64,000 nt of DNA from an uncultured Bacilli bacterium (GCA_944331895.1 CALVIX010000003.1:74953-138952); one strand, 5' to 3'. Positions 18,032 through 28,700 are shown, numbered from the stretch's first letter. Program-made: numbers and translations. The notes: generated by a model not told the origin, from the letters alone.

Positions 18032-19555
18032 CTATGTTAATTTTTTCAATCTTAATAAGTACTCTTCACACTCTTTCATTTTCCCTTGACCAAACGTCTG
18101 GTCTAAAAATTCGATAAACCCGTCGATTTCATCGCGAATGTAAGATACGTTTAACTGTTCAAACTTACGAAGGATTTTACGTGCCACAAAGTAATCTACT
18201 CCACTGACTTCATCTCCACCACAAGCAATATAAACCGGAACAAATTTTCTCATATGTGCGACAATACGGTTACCAAACGCAATACGGAAATGTTTGATTA
18301 CATAGTTATCCATCTCTTCTATTTTATTTAAAATGTCCGCACTCATTTCGTTTTGATTCATAGCTTCCGCAAAGATACGCTCTAAATAAGAATAATTGAT
18401 ATCCTGTGATGGGGTATCGATCGGTTCGAACACCTCACCTTTGTCATTGATGTCAATTGGCATCGCACGGTCATATACTTTATCTGTTACCATGAAAGTA
18501 GAGTCGTCATTATTGATCGTTCCGATATACCAAGTATTTGGACTAATCTTTAATTTCCCGTCGATCAATTTTTTAGGATCGTTCGGCCAACTACTAGAAA
18601 CTAGTTCGACAATCCATTCATCTTTGTTTGGCATTTCCAAAATAGATAACATCTCTGCAAAGTAATACTCTACTCTGGCGATGTTCATCTCATCTAGAAT
18701 CACGGTATATACATCGTCCGTATATCCAGCTTCATAGATCGTCTTTAACACTTCTGTCTCATTAAACTTCTTCGTAAATTCGTTAAAGTATCCAAATAAT
18801 TCAGTACGATCACGCCATGATGGCTGAACAGATGCGATACAAGAATCATGCTTTAAAAATTTTCCCCAAGCATATGCTAGAGATGTTTTTCCGGTACCAG
18901 AAATACCTTGTAAAATAATGAGCTTCGTAGACGCTAAAGCAGCGATAAAAATACGAATCATCTCTGACTTATAATAAAGATGTAATTGACTTGCTGCAAA
19001 ATTTCGAAACAACTCCACTAGTTCTTCCAAAGTAAACGTATTGTTGTAATTCTTTTTTGTATAGCTTTGATATGCGAGATCCACTTCGTTTAACTTAGCA
19101 AATCTAATTCCATCTGCATTTACATTCTCCTCTTCTGGATCAGTTGGTTCTTCTACTTCACTCTCATTCGGTTTCAACCCTAAATGCGATACCTTCATTG
19201 CCAAAATATCTTCTTTTTCTTTGACTAAACTAGATACCTCGTCATTTAATTTTGCAACTTCCTCCAAAAGCTCTTCTTGTTCTACTAAGGTCTTGCGAAA
19301 GCGAATATACTTTCGAACCAAGAAAACGATCAAGAATACAAATGCCACTACAATCAAGATTAAAAAGACAATGACAAGAGCGACAAAGATCCATTCCGGA
19401 CCATTAAAATCTTCTTTGTAGAAATTTAAAATACGTAGATAAGCTTTGAAATCGAACATGTGCTTAATTCCCTCGATCGCAGCGAGCGCTATTTGTAATA
19501 AACTACCAAAAAACTGGCTTAAAAATTCATATAAAAATCGAAATACTGTATCCAT
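18032..19555 (-). CDS. Membrane-tethered McrB-family AAA+ GTPase
   Basis: TM span at aa 55-80, coiled-coil at aa ~88-120, Walker A GISGTGKTS (nt 18884-18907), VQPSWRDRTELFGYF, VILDEMNIARVEYYFAEMLSILE, IGTINNDDSTFMVTDKVYDRAMPI (NxxD at the McrB NTAD position). Confidence 0.75.
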   Translation of the reverse strand: MDTVFRFLYEFLSQFFGSLLQIALAAIEGIKHMFDFKAYLRILNFYKEDFNGPEWIFVALVIVFLILIVVAFVFLIVFLVRKYIRFRKTLVEQEELLEEVAKLNDEVSSLVKEKEDILAMKVSHLGLKPNESEVEEPTDPEEENVNADGIRFAKLNEVDLAYQSYTKKNYNNTFTLEELVELFRNFAASQLHLYYKSEMIRIFIAALASTKLIILQGISGTGKTSLAYAWGKFLKHDSCIASVQPSWRDRTELFGYFNEFTKKFNETEVLKTIYEAGYTDDVYTVILDEMNIARVEYYFAEMLSILEMPNKDEWIVELVSSSWPNDPKKLIDGKLKISPNTWYIGTINNDDSTFMVTDKVYDRAMPIDINDKGEVFEPIDTPSQDINYSYLERIFAEAMNQNEMSADILNKIEEMDNYVIKHFRIAFGNRIVAHMRKFVPVYIACGGDEVSGVDYFVARKILRKFEQLNVSYIRDEIDGFIEFLDQTFGQGKMKECEEYLLRLKKLT

Positions 19556-19565
19556 TCATTCACCT

Positions 19566-20546
19566 CTATTTTGGAATATATAACACTTGAAAATAATCTT
19601 TTAAAGTATCATATAATTTTTCATCATCTGTAATAATATATGTAAATACACGAAGTAAAACATAAGCTTCTTCGTTCCATACAAAGTGGTCATCTAGACA
19701 AATAGCAATATGAAATCCTTCCCTCGTCAAGCGATAGACTTCCTCTTTGTTCTCTAGATACTCTGTATAAGAAATTTTAAATGCTAGTTTTTCTTTGGTA
19801 ATATCATTATCGATTATATTTAAGAGTCTCTTTTGTTTCTTCGGTTTATCCTTTAATGCTAGAATATAATCCACTAAATAATATTTTTGATATATTCCCT
19901 TGATAATATCTTGTAAAATTTTAACACCGACGTAAGAATATAATATAAATAACTTTTGTTCTTCGATATCTTTATTGTGGAATACCTTTTGAATCGCATA
20001 CTCACTATATAACTTTGAAAATTTTAAATTATGTTCTAATTCACAATCAAAGATTCGATCGTTATTTACCTTAATATAGTTAATGCTAAAGTTTTTATCT
20101 TTAAATTTATCTATAAATTCTTGTTTTGCAAGCAAATCATCTTTTAGCTGATTATAAAACTTCACCTCGAACTCGTCGTCTTGAAGTCCCAATTCATTCT
20201 CTCGAAACTTTGCTACTTTCGCGATAATAGCGCGTACAGAATCACACTCACAAACGCCATCAAAATACAAAATATATTGAAACATCGAAAACATGTACTT
20301 TGCTTTTTTCCGATATTTTGAATCATCTTTGACATTTTCAAGTGACTTTTTTAAATAGTAGACCAAGTTCTTTTCAAATCTTTGATCTACCATTGGATAC
20401 ATATGATAATATCTCGTATTGATATATGCATTGATCAAATCATCATAGATATCCTGATCGAAATAATGTCCCAGAATCATCTGCAAATATTTCTTGATTG
20501 CCTTTTGCGAAAACGAAACATATTCTTTTACAATATTACAGCTCAC
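19566..20546 (-). CDS. Cytoplasmic protein, unknown function (326 aa)
   Basis: Long ORF tightly packed in the operon (10-11 nt gaps on both sides) with no hydrophobic span. Confidence 0.55.
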   Translation of the reverse strand: MSCNIVKEYVSFSQKAIKKYLQMILGHYFDQDIYDDLINAYINTRYYHMYPMVDQRFEKNLVYYLKKSLENVKDDSKYRKKAKYMFSMFQYILYFDGVCECDSVRAIIAKVAKFRENELGLQDDEFEVKFYNQLKDDLLAKQEFIDKFKDKNFSINYIKVNNDRIFDCELEHNLKFSKLYSEYAIQKVFHNKDIEEQKLFILYSYVGVKILQDIIKGIYQKYYLVDYILALKDKPKKQKRLLNIIDNDITKEKLAFKISYTEYLENKEEVYRLTREGFHIAICLDDHFVWNEEAYVLLRVFTYIITDDEKLYDTLKDYFQVLYIPK

Positions 20547-20557
20547 AATACCAACTC

Positions 20558-21487
20558 CTAGTAATTATATTCGACCGTTACAATTCCACTACCACTTCCA
20601 TCGTTCGAATAATCTTTTGTTACATCCTTTTTATAAAATCTCATCACACTACTACTCGATGCGGGCATATCAAACGTAAATTGATTGATATAATCATACC
20701 CATTTATCTTTTCTGTTTGAATGTTATATCCCCGTAAAAATGTCGTACTATTATTATCTACATATACGATATTTGGATCGAAGGATAATGTGATGCTTGC
20801 AGAAACACATTTATTCTTCTCCTCTTGCGTCAACGCATTATATTGCGCGATCGACAATTGATCGCCTACTGCATGCGTTCCAAATGCTTCCTGGACTGTA
20901 TAATATAATAGTGTATTTGTCACCTTCACCTCAAGATAAACATCGTTTTCATGATCGATAATCTCATGACTTAATCCATACGTACCTACCACTAATTTAA
21001 ACTGTGCCGACAATTTTTTATGATAAGGACTTACAGATTCTGCGACAATTTCCGCAACGACACTATCTCCATCCTGAAACGTCTGTGTCGGAGTAATCGT
21101 AACGATAAATTGATCATTATTACTGTCGTGATAGATCGTTCCTTTTTCTTTTGTCGTATTACAGATTACTGTTTCAGAACAATTGAGAGAAACCTCATAA
21201 TCGATGTCACTATTACTCTTCAAATGATTATTTTTAAAACTATTCAAGTTGATGACAATATTATATGGATCCACTCCGTTCCAATAATCAAGTGAATAAC
21301 TCGCACCATCTTGCGTTAACTTGTCACTTTCAAAATAAAAGTTCTGCGTACGAAAATAGAAATTCAACACTTGATGATAAACAAACCGTCCCAACGTAAA
21401 TCCGACTGTCATAAATGCAAAAATTGCAACTACTAATACAACTCCACGCTGAAACTTATTAAGACGTCGTACTCTAATTTTTGGCAT
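20558..21487 (-). CDS. Membrane-anchored or secreted protein, family B (309 aa)
   Basis: Basic n-region RVRRLNKFQR, one span, then FTLGRFVYHQ. The N-domain is paralogous to 1798-2364. Confidence 0.55.
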   Translation of the reverse strand: MPKIRVRRLNKFQRGVVLVVAIFAFMTVGFTLGRFVYHQVLNFYFRTQNFYFESDKLTQDGASYSLDYWNGVDPYNIVINLNSFKNNHLKSNSDIDYEVSLNCSETVICNTTKEKGTIYHDSNNDQFIVTITPTQTFQDGDSVVAEIVAESVSPYHKKLSAQFKLVVGTYGLSHEIIDHENDVYLEVKVTNTLLYYTVQEAFGTHAVGDQLSIAQYNALTQEEKNKCVSASITLSFDPNIVYVDNNSTTFLRGYNIQTEKINGYDYINQFTFDMPASSSSVMRFYKKDVTKDYSNDGSGSGIVTVEYNY

Positions 21488-21977
21488 AACTTAACGACTT
21501 TCTATATTTTCGTACCAGTATAATAAAAGCGATCATAATTGGTAACATCACAATTAGAAAATATCCTAATTGACTTGTCAAAACCCGATACGGATACCCT
21601 AACATCGGAATTTGTCGCACATCTTTTATATTTCCTATCAAATATTCGCTCGACAAAAATAAGCCATCTTGAATCACGTAAGTATACTCTTTCTCGTTTG
21701 TCTTCATGACGTCTTCTACTTTTGTTACGTCGATCTTTCTTTTTCCGTTTTTCGTATTGTAATAGATAATTTCATCCCCTTTTTGGATCGATGATATATC
21801 CTTCTTACTCACGATTAAATTACCTGCTTTCAACTCTTCCGAATTTTCAGTTATCCCAACGATCATCGTATCCCCAATGACGCTATCCGAAAATTGATTA
21901 CAGGTAAACAAGAAAAAAGTTGCTACTAGTACTAATACTGTGTAACATATGATTCCAATATACTTTGCGATTCTCAT
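21474..21977 (-). CDS. SipW-like pseudo-peptidase (Ser and His boxes both lost)
   Basis: 167 aa with N-TM and C-TM as in SipW. KAGNLIVSKK aligns with NTGSLILVK, which puts ITENSEEL where GSMEPEF should be. VTKVEDV replaces THR. Confidence 0.5.
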   Translation of the reverse strand: MRIAKYIGIICYTVLVLVATFFLFTCNQFSDSVIGDTMIVGITENSEELKAGNLIVSKKDISSIQKGDEIIYYNTKNGKRKIDVTKVEDVMKTNEKEYTYVIQDGLFLSSEYLIGNIKDVRQIPMLGYPYRVLTSQLGYFLIVMLPIMIAFIILVRKYRKSLSYAKN

Positions 21978-21994
21978 CTACTATCACCATAATT

Positions 21995-22022
21995 ATTGTA
22001 TCATAAAACCCTTCCATTGCAA
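21995..22022 (-). promoter_or_regulatory. Sigma-A-like promoter of the SipW/TasA-like locus
   Basis: Minus strand TTGCAA, 16 nt, TGaTACAAT. Located after two terminators and 18 nt before the first ORF. Confidence 0.4.
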
Positions 22023-22029
22023 AGATACT

Positions 22030-22051
22030 AAAAAGAAGAACTTTCGTTCTT
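22030..22051 (-). terminator. Second terminator downstream of rpoC
   Basis: Minus strand AAGAAC-gaaa-GTTCTT followed by CTTTTT. Confidence 0.45.
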
Positions 22052-22096
22052 TTATAGTGTGTTATGATATTTATCACATTCCTCATAACAATCCAC

Positions 22097-22125
22097 AAAA
22101 AAAAGAAAGCTAAAAATGAGCTTTC
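22097..22125 (-). terminator. rpoC rho-independent terminator
   Basis: Minus strand GAAAGCT-cattttt-AGCTTTC followed by T8. Confidence 0.75.
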
Positions 22126-22129
22126 CTTT

Positions 22130-25100
22130 TTAATCCATCAATTCTTGTTCTAAAGCTTCCAATGGTTCTTCGTTAAGTAAATCATTTTCTAACGTGAACT
22201 CAGAGTTTCTATATTGTCTTGCTCCTGTTCCTGCAGGAATTAACTTACCAATGATAACATTTTCTTTTAATCCTGTTAAATGATCTACTTTACCATGAAT
22301 TGCAGCATCCGTTAAGATTCTTGTCGTTTCTTGGAATGATGCAGCTGATAAGAAGGAATCAGTTTCCAAAGAAGCTTTTGTAATTCCTAGCAATACTGGT
22401 CGACCAGTTGCCGGCGTTTTTCCTTCTAAGATAAGTTCTTTGTTGACTTCTGTAAATTCATTGATGTTAACCATCGTACCTGGTAAGAATAAAGAACTTC
22501 CAGAATTGATGATCTTAATTTTAGAAATCATACGTTTTGCCATGATCTCTACGTGCTTATCAGAAATATCTACACCTTGACTACGGTAAACTTTTTGGAT
22601 TTCCATCAAAATATATTGTTGTACTGTAATTGGATCTGTTACAACGAGTAACTCTTTTGGATTGATTGCTCCGAGTGTTAACCGTTGTCCAGCTTTTACT
22701 TCTTCGCCTTTTTCAACAGCAAGTTTTACTCCATAATTACTTGTGTGTTGTTTTGTCTCTACATCGTTTTTAACACTGATGATAAATTTACCATTCTCTT
22801 CTTCGATATTAGATACGACACCATTGATTTCAGAGATGGTTGCCTTTCCTTTTGGATTACGTGCTTCAAATACTTCTTCGACACGAGGAAGACCTTGTGT
22901 AATATCGTCTCCACCAGCAACTCCACCTGTGTTGAAGTTTCTCATTGTAAGCTGTGTTCCTGGCTCTCCGATAGATTGTGCTGCCATGATTCCAACCGCT
23001 TCCCCTGTTTCAACAACAGAACCAGTTGCAAGGTTACGTCCATAACATTTTTGACATACACCTTGATGTGTCTTACATGTAAGAACTGTACGAATTGGAA
23101 CTTTCGTAATTCCTGCAGCCATGATCTTATCTGCAATTTGCTCAGTAATATACGTATTTCTGTCTACGATCATCTCTTTCGTCTCTGGGTGAATGACTTT
23201 CTTGCTCGTATAACGTCCTACGATACGGTCTTGTAATGATTCGATGACTGTACCATCGTTTTCATTGATGAATGCTTCTGCAAGGACACCATCTTCTGTA
23301 CCACAGTCTTCTTCTTTTACGATGATATCTTGTACAACGTCAACTAAACGACGTGTTAAGTATCCAGCTTCAGCTGTTTTTAAAGCGGTATCTACGGCTC
23401 CTTTACGGGCACCATGTGTAGATAAGAAGAACTCAGAGATCTGCATTCCTTCACTGAAGGAAGAAGTAACTGGAATCTCTACTTGTCCTCCACTTGGTTT
23501 TGCGAAAAGTCCACGCATACCAACAAGCTGAGTATAACTTCCAAGATCTCCACGCGCTTTTGAACTAATCATCGTCGCAATAGAGTTATCTGGATGTTCT
23601 TTCAACCATTTTTCAAGTCCATCTTGTACTTTCAATTTTGCTTTTGTCCAGATATCTACAACTTTTTCATAACGTTCATTATCCGTAATTAAACCACGTT
23701 TAAATTGTTTATTTACTTGGTCTACCATCGCTTGGCTTTCCTCTAGAATTTCTTTTTTATCTTCGCTTTCTACAACGTCTGAAATAGAAATAGAAATACC
23801 AGATAATGTAGAATACTTAAATCCTAAGTCTTTTAATTTATCGAGCATTACTGATGTTTCAGTTGTTTGATAACGCTTGTAAATCTGTGCGATTACCTTA
23901 CCAAGTGCACCTTTATTTAAAGGTGTAACCAGTGGCATTTCACTAATTGCTTTTTTAATGTCGGTTCCCATCGGTAAGAAATATTTACTTGGTGTAACTT
24001 TCTCAAAATTTTCTTGTGATCCATCGTTGATATATTGGAATGTATCAGGGAAAATCTCATTGAAAATTAGTTTACCTGGGGTTGTTACTAAATATTTATC
24101 TAGGCAGTTATCAGGGAAGATTTTATGTTTGAAACTACGTGCTGGAATCGCAACACGAGTATGAAGTGTAATCTCTCTTCTCTCGTACGCCATCAAGGCT
24201 TCGTTCTCGTCTTTGAAAACGCGTCCTTCTCCTTCTAATCCAGCTTTTTCCATCGTTAAATAATAATTTCCAAGTACCATATCCTGTCCAGGAGTTACGA
24301 TCGGTTTTCCATCCTTAGGTGACAAGATATTGTTCGCACCAAGCATTAAGATTCTAGCTTCTGCTTGTGCTTCTTCTGTAATTGGAACGTGAACGGCCAT
24401 TTGGTCTCCATCGAAGTCGGCGTTAAATGCCGCACATACAAGTGGATGCAAACGAATTGCGCGTCCATCGATTAGTTTTGGTTCGAATGCTTGAATACCA
24501 AGTCTGTGAAGTGTTGGAGCACGGTTTAACATAACTGGATGCTCTTTGATCACTTCTTCGACGATATCCCATACACGTTCATCTTGATTTTCAATCATGC
24601 GTTTTGCAGCTTTGATATTGCTTGCTATCTCTTTAGATACCAATCCGTGGATGACATGTGGTTTAAATAACTCAAGCGCCATCTCTTTTGGAATACCACA
24701 TTGATACATCTTAAGCGTTGGTCCAACGACGATAACGGAACGTCCTGAATAATCGACACGCTTTCCAAGTAAGTTTTGACGGAAACGTCCTTGTTTTCCT
24801 TTTAACATACTAGAAAGTGATTTTAAAGGTCTATTTCCAGGTCCTGTGATATTACGTCCACGACGACCATTATCGAATAATGCATCGACAGCTTCCTGTA
24901 ACATACGTTTTTCATTTTGAATGATGATGCTTGGTGCTCCAAGTTCCATCAATTTTTTCAAACGATTGTTACGATTGATTACACGACGGTATAAATCGTT
25001 TAAGTCACTTGTCGCAAAACGTCCTCCGTCTAATTGAATCATCGGACGAATTTCAGGTGGAATGACTGGAAGTGCATCCAAAATCATCCACTCTGGTTTA

Positions 25101-25768
25101 TTTCCAGATGCGACGAATGCATTTAATACATCCAAACGTTTAATTAAACGAATACGTCTTTGACTTTGACTATCTTTAATCTCGTCGATTTCTTTTTTAA
25201 GAGCTGCAGCTTCCTCTTCGACATTGACATCGGCGAGTAATTCTTTAATTGCCTCTGCTCCCATTCCAACGCGGAATGTATTTCCATATTTTTCATAGTA
25301 AGCACGATATTCTTTATCGGAAATCGTCTGCTTTTTCTCTAGAGGTGCTGCTCCTGGATCAAGTACCACGTAAGATACGAAGTATAATACTTCCTCTAAA
25401 TCACGTGGTGACATGTCAAGGACAAGCCCCATACGAGATGGTACTCCTTTAAAGAACCAAATGTGGCTTACTGGTGTTGCAAGTTCTATGTGTCCCATAC
25501 GTTCACGACGTACTTTACTCTTCGTAACTTCGACACCACAGCGGTCACAAACGATGTTTTTATAACGTAAACGTTTGTATTTTCCACAGGCACATTCGTA
25601 ATCTTTCGTCGGTCCGAAGATTCTCTCGCAGAATAATCCATCTCGCTCTGGCTTTAACGTACGATAGTTAATCGTCTCAGCTTTTTTCACTTCACCATAA
25701 GACCATGATCTGATTTTTTCAGGTGAGGCAATCGCAATTCTTAAACCTTCAAAGTTATCTACGTTCAT
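22130..25768 (-). CDS. rpoC: DNA-directed RNA polymerase subunit beta'
   Basis: 1212 aa with [12 protein letters not shown] catalytic motif and an N-terminal zinc-binding Cys cluster. ATG overlaps the rpoB stop by 1 nt (TAATG). Confidence 0.97.
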   Translation of the reverse strand: MNVDNFEGLRIAIASPEKIRSWSYGEVKKAETINYRTLKPERDGLFCERIFGPTKDYECACGKYKRLRYKNIVCDRCGVEVTKSKVRRERMGHIELATPVSHIWFFKGVPSRMGLVLDMSPRDLEEVLYFVSYVVLDPGAAPLEKKQTISDKEYRAYYEKYGNTFRVGMGAEAIKELLADVNVEEEAAALKKEIDEIKDSQSQRRIRLIKRLDVLNAFVASGNKPEWMILDALPVIPPEIRPMIQLDGGRFATSDLNDLYRRVINRNNRLKKLMELGAPSIIIQNEKRMLQEAVDALFDNGRRGRNITGPGNRPLKSLSSMLKGKQGRFRQNLLGKRVDYSGRSVIVVGPTLKMYQCGIPKEMALELFKPHVIHGLVSKEIASNIKAAKRMIENQDERVWDIVEEVIKEHPVMLNRAPTLHRLGIQAFEPKLIDGRAIRLHPLVCAAFNADFDGDQMAVHVPITEEAQAEARILMLGANNILSPKDGKPIVTPGQDMVLGNYYLTMEKAGLEGEGRVFKDENEALMAYERREITLHTRVAIPARSFKHKIFPDNCLDKYLVTTPGKLIFNEIFPDTFQYINDGSQENFEKVTPSKYFLPMGTDIKKAISEMPLVTPLNKGALGKVIAQIYKRYQTTETSVMLDKLKDLGFKYSTLSGISISISDVVESEDKKEILEESQAMVDQVNKQFKRGLITDNERYEKVVDIWTKAKLKVQDGLEKWLKEHPDNSIATMISSKARGDLGSYTQLVGMRGLFAKPSGGQVEIPVTSSFSEGMQISEFFLSTHGARKGAVDTALKTAEAGYLTRRLVDVVQDIIVKEEDCGTEDGVLAEAFINENDGTVIESLQDRIVGRYTSKKVIHPETKEMIVDRNTYITEQIADKIMAAGITKVPIRTVLTCKTHQGVCQKCYGRNLATGSVVETGEAVGIMAAQSIGEPGTQLTMRNFNTGGVAGGDDITQGLPRVEEVFEARNPKGKATISEINGVVSNIEEENGKFIISVKNDVETKQHTSNYGVKLAVEKGEEVKAGQRLTLGAINPKELLVVTDPITVQQYILMEIQKVYRSQGVDISDKHVEIMAKRMISKIKIINSGSSLFLPGTMVNINEFTEVNKELILEGKTPATGRPVLLGITKASLETDSFLSAASFQETTRILTDAAIHGKVDHLTGLKENVIIGKLIPAGTGARQYRNSEFTLENDLLNEEPLEALEQELMD

Positions 25769-28700
25769 TAATCCTCATCCTCCTCTATCATATCATTTTC
25801 TAAGGCATCGATTTCATCTTCTGTAGGTTCGATATCTTCATCGTCCATTTCATCTAATTGATCTTCAAATTCATTTTCTTCGTCATCTGTAGCTTCCGTA
25901 TCCTCACTCGGTTCTTCCACTACTTCTTCCGTTTTATTTTTCTCGATCTCATCTGTTGATAAATATGGTTCGTCATCTTCTTCTTCGAGTTCTTTCAATT
26001 CTTTATAATTTCCGTCCTGGTCAAGAACTGTAATATCGAGTCCTAATGCTTGGAACTCTTTAATGAGTACTCGGAACGATTCTGGAATTCCTGATTTTGG
26101 AATCGGCGTTCCTTTTACTAATGCCTCATACACTTTGACACGTCCTACAACGTCGTCAGATTTAATTGTCATCATTTCTTTCAAGACGTGAGCTGCACCG
26201 TAAGCATAAAGTGCCCAAACTTCCATCTCTCCAAAACGTTGACCACCAAATTGTGCTTTTCCTCCAAGAGGTTGTTGTGTTACAAGTGAGTATGGTCCAG
26301 TAGAACGAGCATGTAATTTATCGTCAACCATGTGGTGAAGTTTAATCATGTACATAACTCCGACACTGATACGGTTGTCGAATAATTCTCCAGTACGTCC
26401 ATCGTGCAACCATTCTTTTCCATCTTCTGGAAGTCCTGCTTCACGAAGTGCATCGATAATTTCTTCACGATTTGCTCCATCGAATACTGGTGTTGCCATA
26501 TAACAATCTAACGTTTGTGCAGCATATCCTAGATGCATCTCTAGAATCTGACCAATGTTCATTCGCGATGGTACTCCAAGTGGATTTAATAAGATATCAA
26601 CTGGTCTACCATCTGGCAAGTATGGCATGTCTTCCTCTGGTAAGATAAGTGAAATAACACCTTTGTTACCATGGCGTCCTGCCATTTTATCTCCAACGCT
26701 AATCTTACGTTTTTGAACAATGTATACACGGACGATCTTAGATACACCTGCTGGAAGTTCATCGCTATCTTCTTTCGTAAAGATCTTGATATCGTGAACG
26801 ATTCCTTCTCCACCATGTGGTACACGTAGAGATGTATCACGTACTTCACGTGTCTTTTCTCCAAAGATTGCATGTAATAATTTCTCTTCGCTCGTAAGTT
26901 CTGCCATTCCTTTTGGCGTTACTTTACCAACTAAGATATCGTCATCTTTGACTTCTGTTCCGATACGGATAATACCATTTTCATCCAAGTTTTTACGTGC
27001 TTCCTCGCTTACGTTTGGAATATCTCTCGTAAACTCTTCTGGTCCTAACTTCGTATCGCGACATTCAATTTGATAATCTTGAATGTGAATAGATGTATAA
27101 ACATCATCTTTTACTAAACGTTCATTTAAGATTACAGCATCCTCGTAGTTGTATCCATTGTAGTTCATGAATGCGACTGTAACGTTTTTACCAAGGGCAA
27201 TTTCTCCTTTATCCGTACTTGGTCCATCGGCAATTACCATTCCCTTAGTTACTTTTTCTCCTGTTTTTACAATTGGTACTTGATGATAACAAGTTCCATT
27301 GTTAGAACGTTCAAATCCATTTAAATAATATGTATCTGTTCCACCCATCGTCTTTACGACAATTTTACGAGCATCTACATAGTCAACGACTCCGTCTGCT
27401 TTTGCCATAACGACAGCACCAGAGTCTCTTGCAGCAATCGCTTCTACTCCCGTACCTACACGAGGTGCTTCCGTTTTCAAAAGCGGAATTGCTTGACGTT
27501 GCATGTTAGATCCCATGAGGGCACGCTTTCCATCGTCGTGCTCCAAGAATGGAATCGCACTCGTCGTAATAGAGACAACTTGTTGTGGTGATACGTCCAT
27601 GTAGTCTACTTCTTCTGCATTTACCATGATATTTTCACCACGGTAACGAACTGGAACTCGTTTTTCAACGATCTTTCCGTCCTCTACTTTGACTGTTGCG
27701 GTTGCAATATTATAATCCAACTCTTCATCTGCAGTCATATACACGATATCGTCTGTCAATGTTAAATGATCTACACGACGATATGGCGTCATGATAAATC
27801 CATATTCATTTACTTTCGCATAACTTGAAAGTGATGTAATTAGTCCAATGTTTGGTCCTTCTGGTGACTCGATTGGACAAAGACGTCCATAGTGAGATGG
27901 GTTAACGTCACGCACTTCCATTCCAGCACGATCTCGAGAAAGTCCACCAGGTCCTAAACTAGATAAACGACGTTTATTTGTAAGCTCTGCTACTGGGTTT
28001 GTTTGATCCATGAATTGTGATAACTGGCTACTACCAAAGAACTCTTTAATACTAGCAGTTAATGGTCGAATGTTAATCAAAGATTTCGGAGTTACCTCTT
28101 CGATATCTTGCGTTGACATTCTATCGCGGATCACTCTTTCAATACGACTAATTCCAATACGGAATTGGTTTTGTAAAAGTTCTCCTACTTGACGTACGCG
28201 ACGATTTGACAAGTGGTCGATCTCATCAAAAGATCCAATACCTTCAAGTAAATTTAAATAGTATGACACAGATGCGTATACATCTGAAATTGTTAAACGT
28301 TTTACGTCGATCGTCTGATCATTACCGATGATACGAACGACCTTCTCTGGATTCTTCTTAGAGTAAACTTCTACGATTTGTACCTTATTATAAGTATCTA
28401 AATCTTCGTTGATTGTAACTTCTTTTACTCCATATCCAGCACTCATGATACCACGTAATTCAGCAAGTACTTCCTTTGTAACAAGTGTACCTTTTTCGAA
28501 TTTCGTCTTTCCGTCTACGATGATATCTTGCGCTAATTTACATCCGAGTAAACGGTCGCATACATCTAACTTACGATTGAACTTATAACGTCCAACACGT
28601 GCTAAATCGTAACGGAAAGAATCGAAGAAACGACTGATCAATTGGTTCTTCGCACTATCTAATGTAGATGGCTCTCCTGGGCGTAATTTTGAGTGAATAT

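Noticed and set aside
16879-19555. Canonical McrBC type IV restriction system
   Set aside because: The GTPase motifs are McrB-like. However, the DNA-binding N-domain is replaced by a membrane span plus coiled-coil, and I find no PD-(D/E)xK nuclease motif in the partner. The pair is also translationally linked to a signal peptidase operon. It is reported as a finding instead.
22685-23236. 183-aa plus-strand ORF (plus 22743-23045 and other plus-strand ORFs) inside rpoC
   Set aside because: These are antisense shadow ORFs within a highly conserved gene. They have no RBS and a low-complexity, Cys/Ser/Phe-rich composition typical of reverse-frame artefacts in AT-rich DNA.
25768-26000. ~75-aa poly-acidic C-terminal tail on RpoB as a novelty
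   Set aside because: Acidic C-terminal extensions of the beta subunit also occur in other Firmicutes (B. subtilis has a shorter one). This is noted but not unusual enough to report.
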